A stretch of DNA of 64,000 bases from Octopus sinensis (Eukaryota). The first letter of the stretch is position 1. Each line of letters opens with the position of its first letter. The position numbers and the translations under genes were made by a program. The stretch spans positions 10,787,360 to 10,851,359 of the forward strand of contig NC_043019.1 of NCBI RefSeq assembly GCF_006345805.1, written 5' to 3'. The notes below the pieces were generated by a model. The model worked only from the letters and a program-made list of their open reading frames with translations. It was not told the origin of the DNA and made no database searches. Positions 1 through 13,170 of the stretch are shown here, one piece after another.

Positions 1-326
1 CGCGCACCGGGACCACTCTTCTTGAGTAGTACATTTTTCAATTTCTTTGTTATAATCTAGATTCTAGAACATTCGCGAAGCATCAGTAGCCCAAACAGCC
101 AACCAATCAACTAACCAAACAACCAGTAAACCAGCCAGCCAGCAAGCCAGTACGCAACCGACTAACCAGCCAACAAGCCAACTATTCAGCCAGCCAGTCA
201 AGGCAGTCTATATATGCGTGTACCTTAGGGAGCCTACCGCCTTCTTGTCTTTCATGAAATGTCAAAGAAACTTATGAGCGAAGTGGCCCCAGGCAGATAG
301 TATAACAAAATCCCATCTGCTACAAC

Positions 327-360
<34 letters not shown>

Positions 361-490
361 TTTACATGCTTGTAATCGAGTCAGTTGGGGCAGCTCGGGT
401 TTGTTAGAAATAGCAGCCAAATTCCCTTCAGTTCATACCTTACCGTTTTGATTTTACTTTAAAGGGATGATAATATGGTGCCCTATATAC

Positions 491-660
491 ATAGGCGCAG
501 GCGTAGCAATGTGGTAAGAAGCTTGTTTCCAGCTTCCCAGCCGTTTAGTCTTGGGTTCAAGTTCAGCTGCACGGCACCTTGGGCAACTGTCTTCTATTAT
601 AGCCCCTGGCACACCAAAGCCTTCTGCGTAGATATGGTCGATGGAAACTGAAAGAAGCCT

Positions 661-694
<34 letters not shown>

Positions 695-992
695 TCCCAC
701 TGTGTGGCAGCTTGGGCAAGCGTCTTCTATTATAGCTTCAGGCCAACCAAAGTCTTGCAAGTGGATTTGGTAGATGGAAACTGAAAGAAGCCCTGTTGTA
801 TATATGTATATATGTATGTATGAGTGTGTGTATATATTTGTGCGTCTGTGTTTGTCTCCCCCAACAACGCTTGACAAACAATGCTGGTGTGTTTACATCC
901 CTGTAACTTAGCGGTTCAGCAAAAGAGACCGATAGAATAAGTGCTAGGCTTACAAAGAATAAGTCCTGGGGTCGATTTGCTCGACTAAAAGG
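491..992 (+). mobile_element. tRNA-derived SINE family A (head + microsatellite + tail), internally duplicated
   Basis: ggcgcagg..gtggtaag head, ccttgggcaa core, tail ...gatttgctcgactaaa. Confidence 0.8.
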
Positions 993-2500
993 CATAACAG
1001 TTAAAGGACCCAGTGCATACTGTAAAGTGGTTGGCATTAGGAAGGGCGGCATCCAGGCATAGGAATCATACCAGAACAGATACAGAACCTGGGCAGCTCT
1101 TCAGTTGGCCAGCTCTTGTCAAACTGTACAACCCATGCCAACAGGAAGAACACGGCCTCAGTCTAATAACAGAAACAAGTAAAAGATAAAAGATATCTGT
1201 TTTAATAAATGATTTGTACATATTTTCACATGTATTTTATTTGATTATCCATTCCAGTTCTAGTTTTTAGGTGTTTTTCCTTTAACTGTTATGCCTTATA
1301 TATAGATCAGACTGGGCCTGGTGCAGCTTTCTGGCTTCCCAGACCCCAGTTGAACTGTCCAACCCATGCTAGCATGGAAAGCGGACGTTAAAGATGATGA
1401 TGATGATATATGTATATGTACAGCAGCTTTGTTTCTGTCTACCAAATCCACTCAAAAGTCTTTGACTGGCCCAAGGCTATAGTAGAAGACACTTGCCGAA
1501 GGTGCTATGCAGTGGGATTGAACCCAGAACCATGTGGCTCAGAAGTGAAGTTCTTACTACACAGCCATGCCTGTGCCTCTATACTAATAAAGTTTTTAAA
1601 AATATTGTTTGTATTACATCATCTTTTGAGTTATGTTACATGTCTTGAAATCAATTTACCAATGCAAGTTATGGCATGCTAATATATAATATAATATAAT
1701 ATAGGGATGGTGTGGTGTGTGTGTGTGTGTGAGGGGCTTGAAATGAAGCCATGATATTGATTCAAGTCAAACTCAGTAACTTCACTGTATTTTATTTCAT
1801 TTTATCAAACTAGGAAAGAAGTTCAAAAGTTGATTGACCCGAGAGAGATTTCAACTGAAATCTATTACTACCAATCCACCATACGGAAAAGAGTGCAAAA
1901 TAAATGTTGTTTACTTCAGAGGGAAAAGTGATTCTATTGTTTGGGAGAAAAGGGACTGGGCTGGAGATATTAGCCGAGGAAGGGGTTAGTTAAAAAAAAA
2001 AGCAGGCAGGTTAGATTACCATGTTTATGGTAAAAACACCTTAAAGAAATGAATATTAGGTTTCTTTCTTTCTTTTTTCATTCTTCCATTCTTTCTTTCT
2101 TTTTACTTCTCTCTCACTCTCTCTGCCTGCCTGCTTGCCTGTCTGTCTCTATAGACTTTGTTTTTCAATGTCTTTCAATTGCCAGAAAATTTCAAAAGTG
2201 ACTCCTGGGTCGAGAGTTTTGTTCATAGCTCTGAAGCAAGGATATGCATGAAACTCTAGGCCCTCAGGTCACTTTTGTAACTCTCTGCTAATTTAAAGCA
2301 TAGGTGCGGGCGTGGCTGTGTGGTTAAGAGGCTTGCTTCCCAGCTACATGGTTTCGAGTTCAGTCCCACCACGTGGCACCTTGGGCAAGTGTTTTCTGCT
2401 ATAGCCCCGGGCCGACCGAAGCTTTGTGACTGAATTTGGTAGGCGGAAATTACTGCTGCATGTGTATATGTGTGTATGCATGTGTAGGTGCTTGTGCCTC

Positions 2501-2554
<54 letters not shown>

Positions 2555-2699
2555 ATGTGTGTGTGTGTGTGCATATATATATTTTTTTCTTATATATTTA
2601 GTATAATTTGGATAAAAACCTCATAACATGCATTTAAGATCTCTTGTGTTGTTATTTAGCTACCACATGTTATCCTACAGTAGGGTATATTCCAGGATT

Positions 2700-3540
2700 G
2701 GATGCACATGTGGAATACATTTAAGCACATATATATTTGTTCTGAAAGCATAACTACTAGAATAAGAATAGGGTGGGCAAAGTTCAGAGAGCTACTACCT
2801 CTGTTAGTAATGAAGGGCCTCTCCTTCAGAGTGAAAGGCAGATTGTATGATGTCCATGCTCGAACAACTATGCTACATGGTAGTGAGATATGGGCTGTGA
2901 CTGCTGAGGATATGCGAAAGCTTGAAAGAAATGAAGTCAGTATGTTCCACTGGTTGGGTAATATCAGTGTGCACATATGACGAAGTGTAAGTGATCTGAG
3001 AGAAAAACTGGGTATATGAGGCATTAGATGTAGTGTGCAAGAGGGAAAACTGTACTGGTATGACTAAGTAATGCATATGCATGAAGATAGATGCATCAAG
3101 AGGTGCCAATCTCTAATTGTAGAGGGAACATATAGAAAGGGTAGACCAAGAAGATGTGGGATGAAGTGGTAAGAAAGGATCTTCAGACTTTGGGCCTCAT
3201 AAAGGGGATGATAAGGGACTATGACTCTTGGCAGTTTGCTGTGCTTGAGAAGACATGTTGAGCTAAGTAAAATTGTGCTTATCCTTGCATACAGGCATGT
3301 CTCCTGCATCCCTCTTTTAGCGGAGTGTTCTTAATCTTGTGGGCTTATGGGTGCTGGTGCCACGTAAGAAGCACCCCATGCTGGTGCCACGTAAAAGCAT
3401 TCATGTTGGAGCTGCGTAAAAACGCCCAGTGCATACTGTAAAGTGGTTGGCATTAGGAAGGGTGGCATCCAGGCATAGGAATTATACCAGAACAGATATG
3501 GAACCTGGGCAGCTCTTCAGTTGGCCAGCTCCTGTCAAAC
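2700..3540 (+). mobile_element. RTE-clade LINE 3' fragment (degenerate RT C-terminus plus 3'UTR)
   Basis: TRIRIGWAKFRELLPLL...MLHGSEIWAVTAEDMRKLERNE, then stop-interrupted LREKLGI...VEGTYRKGRPR; followed by the ggaagggcatcc-type 3'UTR. Confidence 0.85.
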
Positions 3541-3772
3541 CTATTTCTTTATTACCCACAAGGGGCTAAACACAGAGGGGACAAACAAGGACAGACATAG
3601 GTATTAAGTCGATTACATCGACCCCAGTGTGTAACTGGTACTTAATTTATCGACTTCGAAAGGATGAAAGGCAAAGTCCACCTCAGCGGAATTCGAACTC
3701 AGAACGTAACGGCAGACGAAATACCGCTAAGCATTTCGCCCGGCGTGCTAACATTTCTGCCAGCTAGCTGCC
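3541..3772 (-). mobile_element. SINE family C
   Basis: Reverse complement of the 26531 family; interrupts the RTE 3'UTR. Confidence 0.88.
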
Positions 3773-4993
3773 ATATTGGTTGGTACTACGCCTTGTAGGG
3801 TTTTAGTCGAATGAGTTGACCCCAGTACTTATTTATATAAACTTGGTATTTATTCCTTCAGATTTTTTACTGCTGAACTTCTATGTTATGGGGATGTAAA
3901 CAAACCAACACAAAGAGATTCACATAGTTACACGCATGCACATACACCAACACATTCACACACACACACAGAATGGTGGTGGTAGTGGTGGAGTAAAAGT
4001 TATTTTTCAGTGCAGCTGAAGAAATCCTTCATCAGAAAATGTTTAGAAGTTTATTGCAAGCCAAAATAGCAAAAGACCCCGAATACGAGTGACCCTTTGA
4101 GTGATCTATCAATGAAAAAAAAAAAGGGGGTGTATTATAATACCTAGATATTTATGCATTTATATTCTAGATCATTTTATTCACGTCTCACTTATTAACA
4201 AGTCATTGGACTGTGGCCATTCTGGGGCAAGGCCTTCGAGAATTTAATCAATCATAGTGCGATACTTCAATACTTATATTTCTTAAATCGATATCTAGTT
4301 GCAGAAATGACAGATTACAGGACATGAAAAAACACAGCATAAGTGACATCAGTTTTTTTGTTTTGTTTTCGTTGAACACTTTGAAACTTTAACACGCAAG
4401 AGCGCGCACACACACACACACACACACACATCTAGAGACATGTGTTTGCGACATATATATATACTTTATATATATATAATCAATCATAATAAAGGGTAAA
4501 ATTAATTAATTAACTAGTAATTAATAATTCCACCAAGTAGAATTCGGCATGTTAAAAGGACCGTTTTTCGGTAATTATAATTATAAAATTATAAAATATT
4601 GTATATATATATATATATATACTCGTATACAAACATATATGTTCATGACATGCACACATACATATTGTTGCATATAGACATGCACATATACACACACATA
4701 CGACGCGTGCGACATGCATAAACGCACACACAAATATATGCCCAGTGTTGATCCAATTTCAATTCCCAATAGAGCGGTTTCAACCCCTGCCTCCTTACAT
4801 TACTAAATACCTCACGACGGGGTACAAATGTCACATAAACTTCCACCAAACTCTCCTTTCTAAAGCTAACCAGGATTAAGTTTATTTATGCTGAAGTGAA
4901 ATTTAACAGATATATCTATTTCGTAGTGGACATTTCACACTCACGCTTGAGCCAGACACTGCGTAGACCTCAAGGCCTTAAGTGTATCCATGT

Positions 4994-5405
4994 CCGACAC
5001 TCGCATCCCAAAACAGCTCTTCTACGGTGAACTCGGCCAGGGCAGGCGCAAAGTCGGAGGGCAGAAAAAGCGCTACAAGGATAGTCTCAAGGTCTCTCTC
5101 AAAGACTTCTCCATCGGAACAGAGACCTGGGAGACACTTGCTGCCAACCGCTCATCCTGGCGCAGCGCAATCACCGTGGGAGCAGGGACAGCCGAGGAGG
5201 GACGGATTCGGTCAGCGGAGCAGAAACGTCAGATGCGTAAAGTCAGAGCCGCCTGCACCAGTAGCACTGCCCCTACCCACTTCTGCCCCACCTGTGGGAG
5301 GGGCTTCCTTGCCCGGATTGGCCTCACCAGCCACCTCCGGTCTCATGGCGGCAGTTCCATCAGATGATGTCAGTTGGTCATCTTCGAACCGAAGGACGAA
5401 CATTA
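4994..5405 (+). mobile_element. 5'-truncated RTE/BovB-type LINE insertion with 15-bp TSD
   Basis: ORF ...RIPKQLFYGEL...GGQKKRYKD...WETLAANRSSWR...CPTCGRGFLARIGLTSHLRSH (C2H2 end); taagtgtatccatgt duplicated at 4979-4993 and 5406-5420; GC-rich relative to flanks. Confidence 0.9.
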
Positions 5406-5755
5406 TAAGTGTATCCATGTGTGTATGTAGGGCGGTGGTGGGAATGGGACATCTTGGATGTTTACTCTTGTGTTGTTGTGTCTGGATCATCTACGAGCAC
5501 GCGTGTTTATGTATATTTTGTGAATTTGCGCTAGTTTGGCATTAGCATCTTTGTAGCTAGGCATGTGTGCGTATATATATATATATATAATATATATATA
5601 TATCTTTATGTTTGTGTTTATGTTTTCGTTTCTCATTGAGTTCGACGTTTTTTTTTTGGTGTCCTGTACCCATATATGCATGTATATATACATGTAGATG
5701 TAGGCACGTACATACATATATGCATGTATATATGCATATTTTATTTATTAATTGT

Positions 5756-5804
<49 letters not shown>

Positions 5805-5809
5805 CAAAA

Positions 5810-5847
5810 CTGTCCGACGAATGGGAACGTGAAACTCTGAGTAACAG
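5810..5847 (+). ncRNA. Minimal hammerhead-like motif, same family as 42136-42173
   Basis: CTGT-CCGACGA-ATG GGAA CGT-GAAA-CT CTG AG-TA-ACAG inside a (TA)n-flanked 150-bp repeat (5802-5951). Confidence 0.55.
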
Positions 5848-5996
5848 CATTTGTTATATTGCTGCTGCTTTAAATAAAGCATATTACTCTACCTCGGGTA
5901 TTTGAGTACTCTTTTTTCCACCTTCTTTCACATTTATGTGCTTACTCCGGAATATATATATATATATATATAATATATATATATATAGGCGATCCA

Positions 5997-6027
<31 letters not shown>

Positions 6028-6341
6028 ATATATGTATGTAATATGTGTGTGTGCGTATTTGCAGGTTTTCTTTCGTTACAGTACCTATTTGTATATACAT
6101 TCATACACATGGGCGTGTGTGTATAAGTATGTATGCATATATTTTTCCACCTAGTGTTTACATACTATTGTTTATAGTGTTGTGTGTGCAGAAAAATAAT
6201 TATTTCTCGTTCTCTCGAAAGTTTAAAAGAATTTTAATGTCACAATAAATAAATAAATAATGTATATATATATATGATGTGTGTGCATGCATATATATAT
6301 ATTCTCATGCAACGCACATGTATGAATGTATCTATGCATAT

Positions 6342-6392
<51 letters not shown>

Positions 6393-6832
6393 GTTTTCTT
6401 TAAGTATTAGAAATAGTTTTAAAAAAGTTTTTTTAGCTACTATTTCTAATGAGTTCAGTATGCGGCAAAGTAATTTATTTTACTAAGCCCTTTTATATAA
6501 TGTAATAATTTGAATATATATATATATATATATATATGCATACATACGTATATACATATTTCCGCTTGTATAGCATATACTTATGCGTCTGCGTGAGGCA
6601 AAGCAGGGCGGGTTGTGTTTATTGGTCGTTGGTAATAATAAATACGAAATAGAATTTAAAGGGTAGCATGATATAATGACAAGTTAGACACAAAGAGAGA
6701 TACAGAGAAAGATAGAGAGAGAGATATTAAGAAAGAAAGAAAGAGGAGAATGAAGAAAGACTTAAATTTGTAAATAGAAAACTCTAGAGAAAAAGAAGAG
6801 AGAGAGAGAGAGAGGGAGAGAGAGCTTGAGAG

Positions 6833-6872
<40 letters not shown>

Positions 6873-7350
6873 AGTGAGTCGTCAGAGAAAGGAGGTGAAG
6901 GAAGTGCAAATGAATGAAAGAGCAAAAGAAAAAGATAAACAGAGGAATGAGAGGAAGGGTCGGAAGAAAATTGAAGTTATTGTAAGAGAAAGTGAGTGAG
7001 GGTCGCGAAAGAGAGAAAGAAAGAGTGACTAAAATAAAGCGAAAGAGAGAGAGATGGTGTGTTTTGTGGGTATTGGAGAGGCGATGTCCTGTAAGCTTCT
7101 AATAAACAAGTGAGTGAAGTGGAAGTGGAGTAGAGTGGTGTGATGTGGAGTTGAGACTTACAATTGAAGATAACTGTCAATAGAAATAGAAATGGAAAAA
7201 GAAAGAGAAAGATAAAACGTATAAGAATATGAACCAGTTTCATATACACACGTTTATGTATGTGTATGCGTATAAACAAGAGATAAAATGTATGAGTGAG
7301 AGAAAGAGATTAGAAGAATAATGGAATAGAAGAGGGGACAGTATGAAAGA

Positions 7351-7625
7351 ATAAGTATTGAGCCGAGAGAGGAAGAGAGAGTGAGACCGAGAGAGGCGCG
7401 CGCGAGTGAGTGAGAGAGTGAGTGAGAGAAAAAGATGAGAAAGGATGAGAGAGTAAGTGAGAAAGACAGAGAGAATGAGAGAGGAGCGATAAGTATTGAG
7501 CTAAGAGAGGAAGAGAGGGATGTGAGACCGAGAGAGGCGCGCGCGAGAAAGAGAGCGAGTGAGTGAGAGAGTGAGTGAGAAAAAAATGAGAAAGGACGAG
7601 AGAGTAAGTGAGAAAGACAGAGAGA
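7351..7625. repeat. GA-rich 138-bp tandem duplication upstream of the promoter
   Basis: ataagtattgagc...gagaggcgcgcgcgag at 7351 and 7489. Confidence 0.8.
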
Positions 7626-7689
7626 AGGGCGATTTATTAAGAAAAACAACGATGGAAAATGAGTAAGAGGGAAAATTTAGGTGAAGAAG

Positions 7690-7790
7690 CCGGAAGTGGC
7701 ATGACGTTGTGTGCTACGTCACAAGCCACGTCAGGCAGCAGGCACGTTGGCCGTATAAAAGGCGACGCGACACGCAGCCAGGCACCATTC
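7690..7790 (+). promoter_or_regulatory. Pol II promoter: ETS site, three CRE/ATF-type sites, TATA box, Inr-like element
   Basis: CCGGAAGT 7690-7697; TGACGT 7702-7707; TACGTCA 7715-7721; CACGTCA 7727-7733; TATAAAAG 7754-7761; CCATTC with A at 7787; local CpG enrichment after a GA-rich tract. Assignment to MNK is inferred. Confidence 0.65.
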
Positions 7791-8782
7791 AAGCGCTTGG
7801 TTATGAAAATGGATAGGTAGTGAAGAATAGTGTGTTCCGCCCAACTTTTAGGGGAAGTCTTACTTCCAGCCAGTTAGCTGAGGGTGACAGGCAGGTTGAA
7901 GAAGGAAGGAGAAGAAAGAAGTTTAGTGGTTGTTTATTTGTTTCTTGTCAAAGTCTCTTCGGGGAAAGAAAAAAAAGGTTCCCTTAAAAAGTCACCCACC
8001 CGGGGTGTTGTTATAAATATTCAAATATATATATATTATATATATATATATATTTATATTTATGCACCCTTTTTTACGAAAGGGTTTGTCATTCAAAGGC
8101 TTAACAAGAAAGAAAACGGAAGATCTCCTCCAACACCATTTATATATAATAACAATAATTTTATTTATTGTTATTATAACTTCTTAGAAGCGGGTAGAAG
8201 ATTTAGAGAAAAGAGAAGCGATAAAAGGCAATAACAACGATAAGTAGGATTTATATATTTTTCCTGCCGAGTACCTTGAAAGAGAGAGACTGTGGTTCTG
8301 TCTTGCAGTGTTCTGTCCATCTTGAAAGAAAAAAAAAAAAAAAGGACTTAATTATTATTGTTGCTGCCCAAAAAGAAGACAAGAAAAAGACCTCTCTTCT
8401 GCATCTTTCTTTGTTTCTTAAAGAAAGTATATTTTTTTTTAACTGGACGCATCCACAAAACCACCCGTGGGGTTATATATTTAAATATATATATATATAC
8501 AATATATATATGTATATGTGAAGGCGGTAGCGATTTGGAGAATTTGAAGCAGCCTAGTGTGCCTAAAGTACAACCTTACTAGTTAAACAAGTACCCTAAA
8601 AAAACTAGTAAGAAGTACCCGTTACTGTATTATTATTTATCACTACCACCGTTGGATATATATATAATATATTTATATATATATATATAATAGTCATCTG
8701 TCATAATTTATTCAACCAATATCAACACCAACATTATTTATTGTTGAAAACAACGTTTTTTTACTCTTGAGGACTTGGCATC

Positions 8783-8791
8783 ATGTTAGAG
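8783..8791 (+). CDS. Candidate MNK first coding micro-segment (ATG TTA GAG, M-L-E) at the end of a putative ~1 kb 5' exon
   Basis: AG|GTAAGC donor in phase 0, compatible with the 22199 acceptor; first strong donor downstream of the TATA promoter. Confidence 0.3.
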
Positions 8792-8821
8792 GTAAGCTTT
8801 ACTTTGTTTTCTGTAACTGCC

Positions 8822-8952
8822 TATCTCTATCTTTCAATATCTATCTATCTATCTATCTATCTATCTGTTTATCTATCTATCTATCTGTTTATCTATCTAT
8901 CTATCTATCTGTTTATCTATCTATCTATCTGTTTATCTATCTATCTATCTGT

Positions 8953-8986
<34 letters not shown>

Positions 8987-8988
8987 GT

Positions 8989-9032
<44 letters not shown>
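8822..9032. repeat. (TATC)n microsatellite
   Basis: Direct inspection. Confidence 0.95.
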
Positions 9033-9033
<1 letters not shown>

Positions 9034-11991
9034 ACAATGCCTAGATCTATATCATTATTTATCTTACCTCTATCTAGTTTTTATGCATCTGTCCTCTCTC
9101 TCTCTCTCTCTCTAAATCTACCCACATCTCTGTTAATAAATATAAATACAAACACATGTATTTATGTTCTCTGTCCATCGTTACCTATAGAATCTGTTAT
9201 TAATTAAACCCGATGTAACTTCATTGATTACCCTTGGGACGATTTGCTAAGTCATCTTTTAAAGGCGTTCGGTGGTTTTCCCCCCACTCTTTTCTAAACT
9301 GTAGCGTTTGCACTACAGAATCTGTTGTTCCATCCTTGACCGCCTCCCCCCATTCTGGGAATTTTGTGTAGAAGAGGTGTTGTTGTTGTTCAACCCCCCC
9401 CCCCCAGGTCGACTGTGATCGAACAAGTCGTTCCAGAAATGACATATCACCATTTTATTTTTATTTTCCTTTCAGATAGTAGTACCTACATCTTTGGGGT
9501 TACTTTACACACCATAATTGCCACTCCCCCACTATTTTTGTAAGATTTACAAGTTATTTATTTCTTACATGTTACACCCAACTACACGGGTCTCTTTCAT
9601 TGTTAACGTAGTTGTTTATTTTCTGGCTGGACTTGACAATATCTATACAAGACGTTCCAATCATGACTACCCCATATTTTTTTGTAGAACTACATTAGCC
9701 CGTGTTTTTTTTTTTTTTTTTTTTTTGTATGGACGCACGTCTCTGAACAAGCGGGTCTGTGACCAGAGACAATTCTAGCCATAATTATCCTACCAAATAT
9801 ACTCGAAACTACATCATACATTTGTCCTTTTATGAGACAGAAGTATGTGGTTTGAGGGAGACCTAGCAACTTGATGGGTTTGTTGTGGTTTTGGGCCTTA
9901 AAGTGAAGATGGTTTGACTGAGTAGAAATCCTTTGGGACATGAATATAAGATAGCACATCTTATCTACTCCCAGTGTAGTCTTTACTATTTCTCTATGCA
10001 TAACTCCTTTCCTTTTACTCCGATCTGGGTGTATAAAACTGTATGCAGGGTTGAAAATTCCCTTTTCTCAAAGACCAGGCATGAAAGACTCGGGGCACAT
10101 TGTAATTGTTTATCGTCGTTCCTCGAATTAGGGTGCAAAATTTGCACCACTAATACTGGCCATCTCCTTCATATACTTTGAGTAATGTTTAGGCAATAGA
10201 GGTGGCTTTGAGCAATGTTTAGGTAAATAGAGGTGGTTATTGTTTAACCCTTGGTCAGCTATAAACGAGCAACCCTTAAATTATCAAATGCTTGGCCTAA
10301 TCCAACCATGACTTGACTGTCAACAATGTAAACAGAATTCTTCACACATACACACTCACACACGTCTGCTGTTTGTTTATTATTGTAGCAGCACTCGTGA
10401 TTTTTGTTATGGTTGGTGGTGGTGGTGCTTGTAGCCTTGTGTTGAGGGTGTTTGTTTTTTTATTGTTGTTTAGTTTCAGAATAACACTGATGAATGTGCG
10501 CTGGTCTATAATCAAGTGTTCCAACGATGACCATCCCCCTCTTTCTCTTGGACTGAGAACCACATTAATCTCCCAATGTGTCCATCTGATTTGAATGAAG
10601 CTGGGTGTATTTTAAGATCGTAGGGTATAATTTGAAGAGTTAGCTGTTATTCTTAGAAGGTTCGATCGAACATTAGTAGTGTTTGTTGATGAATATAATT
10701 CTTGTTTATACTCTAACAACTCCGACCAGATCTTATAAATATAAATAAAAGGCATTCCGTGACCAGTTTCTTTTTTTCAAAAGACGTTTTGATTTGAGGG
10801 AGATTTGGCTGTTATTTCTTGCAGACCAAGCGACCACTCTGTTATTATCACAGTGTAATGGTGGTGGTAACTTTCTCCTCCCATTTTCCTGTTTTGTTTG
10901 GAAAATTCCATGTTTTGTTTATTTGAAATCTTGTCAATCTGTTTACCAAAATTTTTGTTGTTGAGATGGTGCTAATAGTGGTATGTTATATTAATTTTAA
11001 TAACCAATACCCCAGTGATATTAATTTTAATAACCAATACCCCAGTGATATGTAGGTTTATTTTTTTTCTATTTGCCCCTCCCCAACTCGTCTTGGTTTT
11101 CTAGAACCTACTGCTAGATATTTAGGCAGAGAGGTGGGAAACGGTGTTGTCTTGTATTAGTACTAGCTACCCCGACCACCACAAATACTTAGAGAACCTT
11201 ATGTAGGGTTTATTAACTTGTATGTACCACTGCAATCATTCTTGAATTATTTTCCATTATTTTATTAGGCCTATTTTTTTTTTAAATCACTAAATAAACT
11301 AAACCAGTTTTCCAAATCGTTTTGCTTTGCTTTCATTTCATTCTTTCTCCAACATTTACAATTTAAGTGGTTAGCTATGATTGTTATGATTCAATTTCGA
11401 TTCTGAATTGCACCAGATTCAAGTTGTTTAGTTGTAAGGAAAAAAAAACTTGGGTCAAGATGGGAGCAGCAGAAACGGTTCCTGTGTCGGATCAGGTCGG
11501 GTCGGGTCGAGTTCACTTGTTCTGTAACTGATTTTTTTTTTTGGGGGGGGGGGTATTTATTCACGACATTATTAATAAAATAATAATTTATAAGAATTGG
11601 TCATATCAGTTACGATAATCCTACCTCCACACTCAACTTCTAAACAATTTTTTTTCATCCAACTCGTTTATTTTTCCTCTGTCCTCTCTCATCATAACTA
11701 TTGACCCCAGGCCATTCATTCATTCTCTCTAAAGCTTCCTTCCTTGTTTAGATTATAATTATCAATCATTATTTAAATATCAATCAAGGCAGTTCTGCTC
11801 CCATTATTTATTACTGTGTTTATGTGTATGCATAATTACATATTTGTGTGTGTGCGTGTGTATGGCATAGATTCGACTCCGTCGTCTCCTCGAAATGTCC
11901 ACTTCAAAAGAAAAATATGTGGCGTTGCAGATCGACATATTTTATTTGCCATTTTATTCTGTTTTTGTTCATATAACGAAACTGCGTCTTT

Positions 11992-12260
11992 AACTCTGCT
12001 CTACTGCTTTTTCCCGCTGATCCTCTGCTGCTTTCCGTTTCCTCTCCACTGTTTCTCTGCTGCTTTCCGTCTCCTCTCCACTGTCTCTCTGCTGCTCACC
12101 TACTGCACTGTATGCGGAACATCCACTGCTCATATATATAAAACTCTGCTCTACTGCTTTTCCCCCGCTGATCCCCTGCTGCTTTCCGTCTCCTCTCCAC
12201 TGTTTCTCTGCTGCTCACCTACTGCACTGTATGCGGAACATCCACTGCTTTATATATATA
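11992..12260. repeat. CTG-rich ~150-bp tandem duplication
   Basis: aactctgctctactgctttt...ctgtatgcggaacatccactgct twice. Confidence 0.85.
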
Positions 12261-12619
12261 CACTATTCCACCCCTGCACTGGAGTAGTAGTAACGCGCGG
12301 TGGGCAAGAGAGAAGTTGAATAAATAGATGTTGTTTTCACATATTTTAGTGCATCTCTTTCATATTCTACATACCTCAATGCGTATATACATGCGCACAC
12401 TTGCTCCTAATATTGCCTACCTACACTGTTGTCACGCTGCTTCGACATAACAAATAAATATGAGAGAGAGAGAGAGAGGGTGTGTGGTCGGACGAGGCTG
12501 GTTGAAATAGAATAGAATTGACAATAACTGTTTTATGAGAAATCTATTGAATCACGCCACTAACCTATTTCAGCAATGTTTGTTTACTTCCAAAGCTGAC
12601 TCGAACCTACCAACCTCCA

Positions 12620-12668
<49 letters not shown>

Positions 12669-12794
12669 CCCGTCCTCTCGTCCTCCTCCTCCTCCTCCTC
12701 CCCTTTCTGTCTACACAAAACAATTCCGTCGTCTTTTGTCTTTTAGAAGAAATCTTGTTGCAGCCGTTGTGTGTTGATGTAAACACAAGAAAGA

Positions 12795-12795
12795 A

Positions 12796-12874
<79 letters not shown>

Positions 12875-12895
12875 CATATATATATATATATATGC

Positions 12896-12929
<34 letters not shown>

Positions 12930-13170
12930 GCGTGTGTGTTTGTGTATATATATATATATGCGTGTGTGTTTGTGTATATATATGCGTGTGTGTGTGTATA
13001 TATATGCGTGTGTGTGTGTATATATATACGTGTGTGTGTATATATATGCGTGCGGGTGTGTGTGTGTATACAAATGCGTGTGTGTATATATATATGCGTG
13101 TGTGTGCGTTTGTGTGTGTGTGTGTGTGTGCGTTTGTGTGTGTGTATATATATATGTGTGTGTGTGTGCG
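12795..13170. repeat. Compound (TA)n/(TG)n microsatellite
   Basis: Direct inspection. Confidence 0.95.

Noticed and set aside
4000-4050. CTGATGA...GAAA on the minus strand as another hammerhead
   Set aside because: No stem I partner and only a 2-bp stem II; chance match.
4490-4600. (TA)n-flanked repeat (and similar one at 6390-6510) as hammerhead carriers
   Set aside because: Context resembles the Penelope-like relics but core motifs are too altered to support a call.
9221-9445. 74-aa minus-strand ORF
   Set aside because: No recognisable motif, start derives from a non-ATG codon, no splice partners identified.
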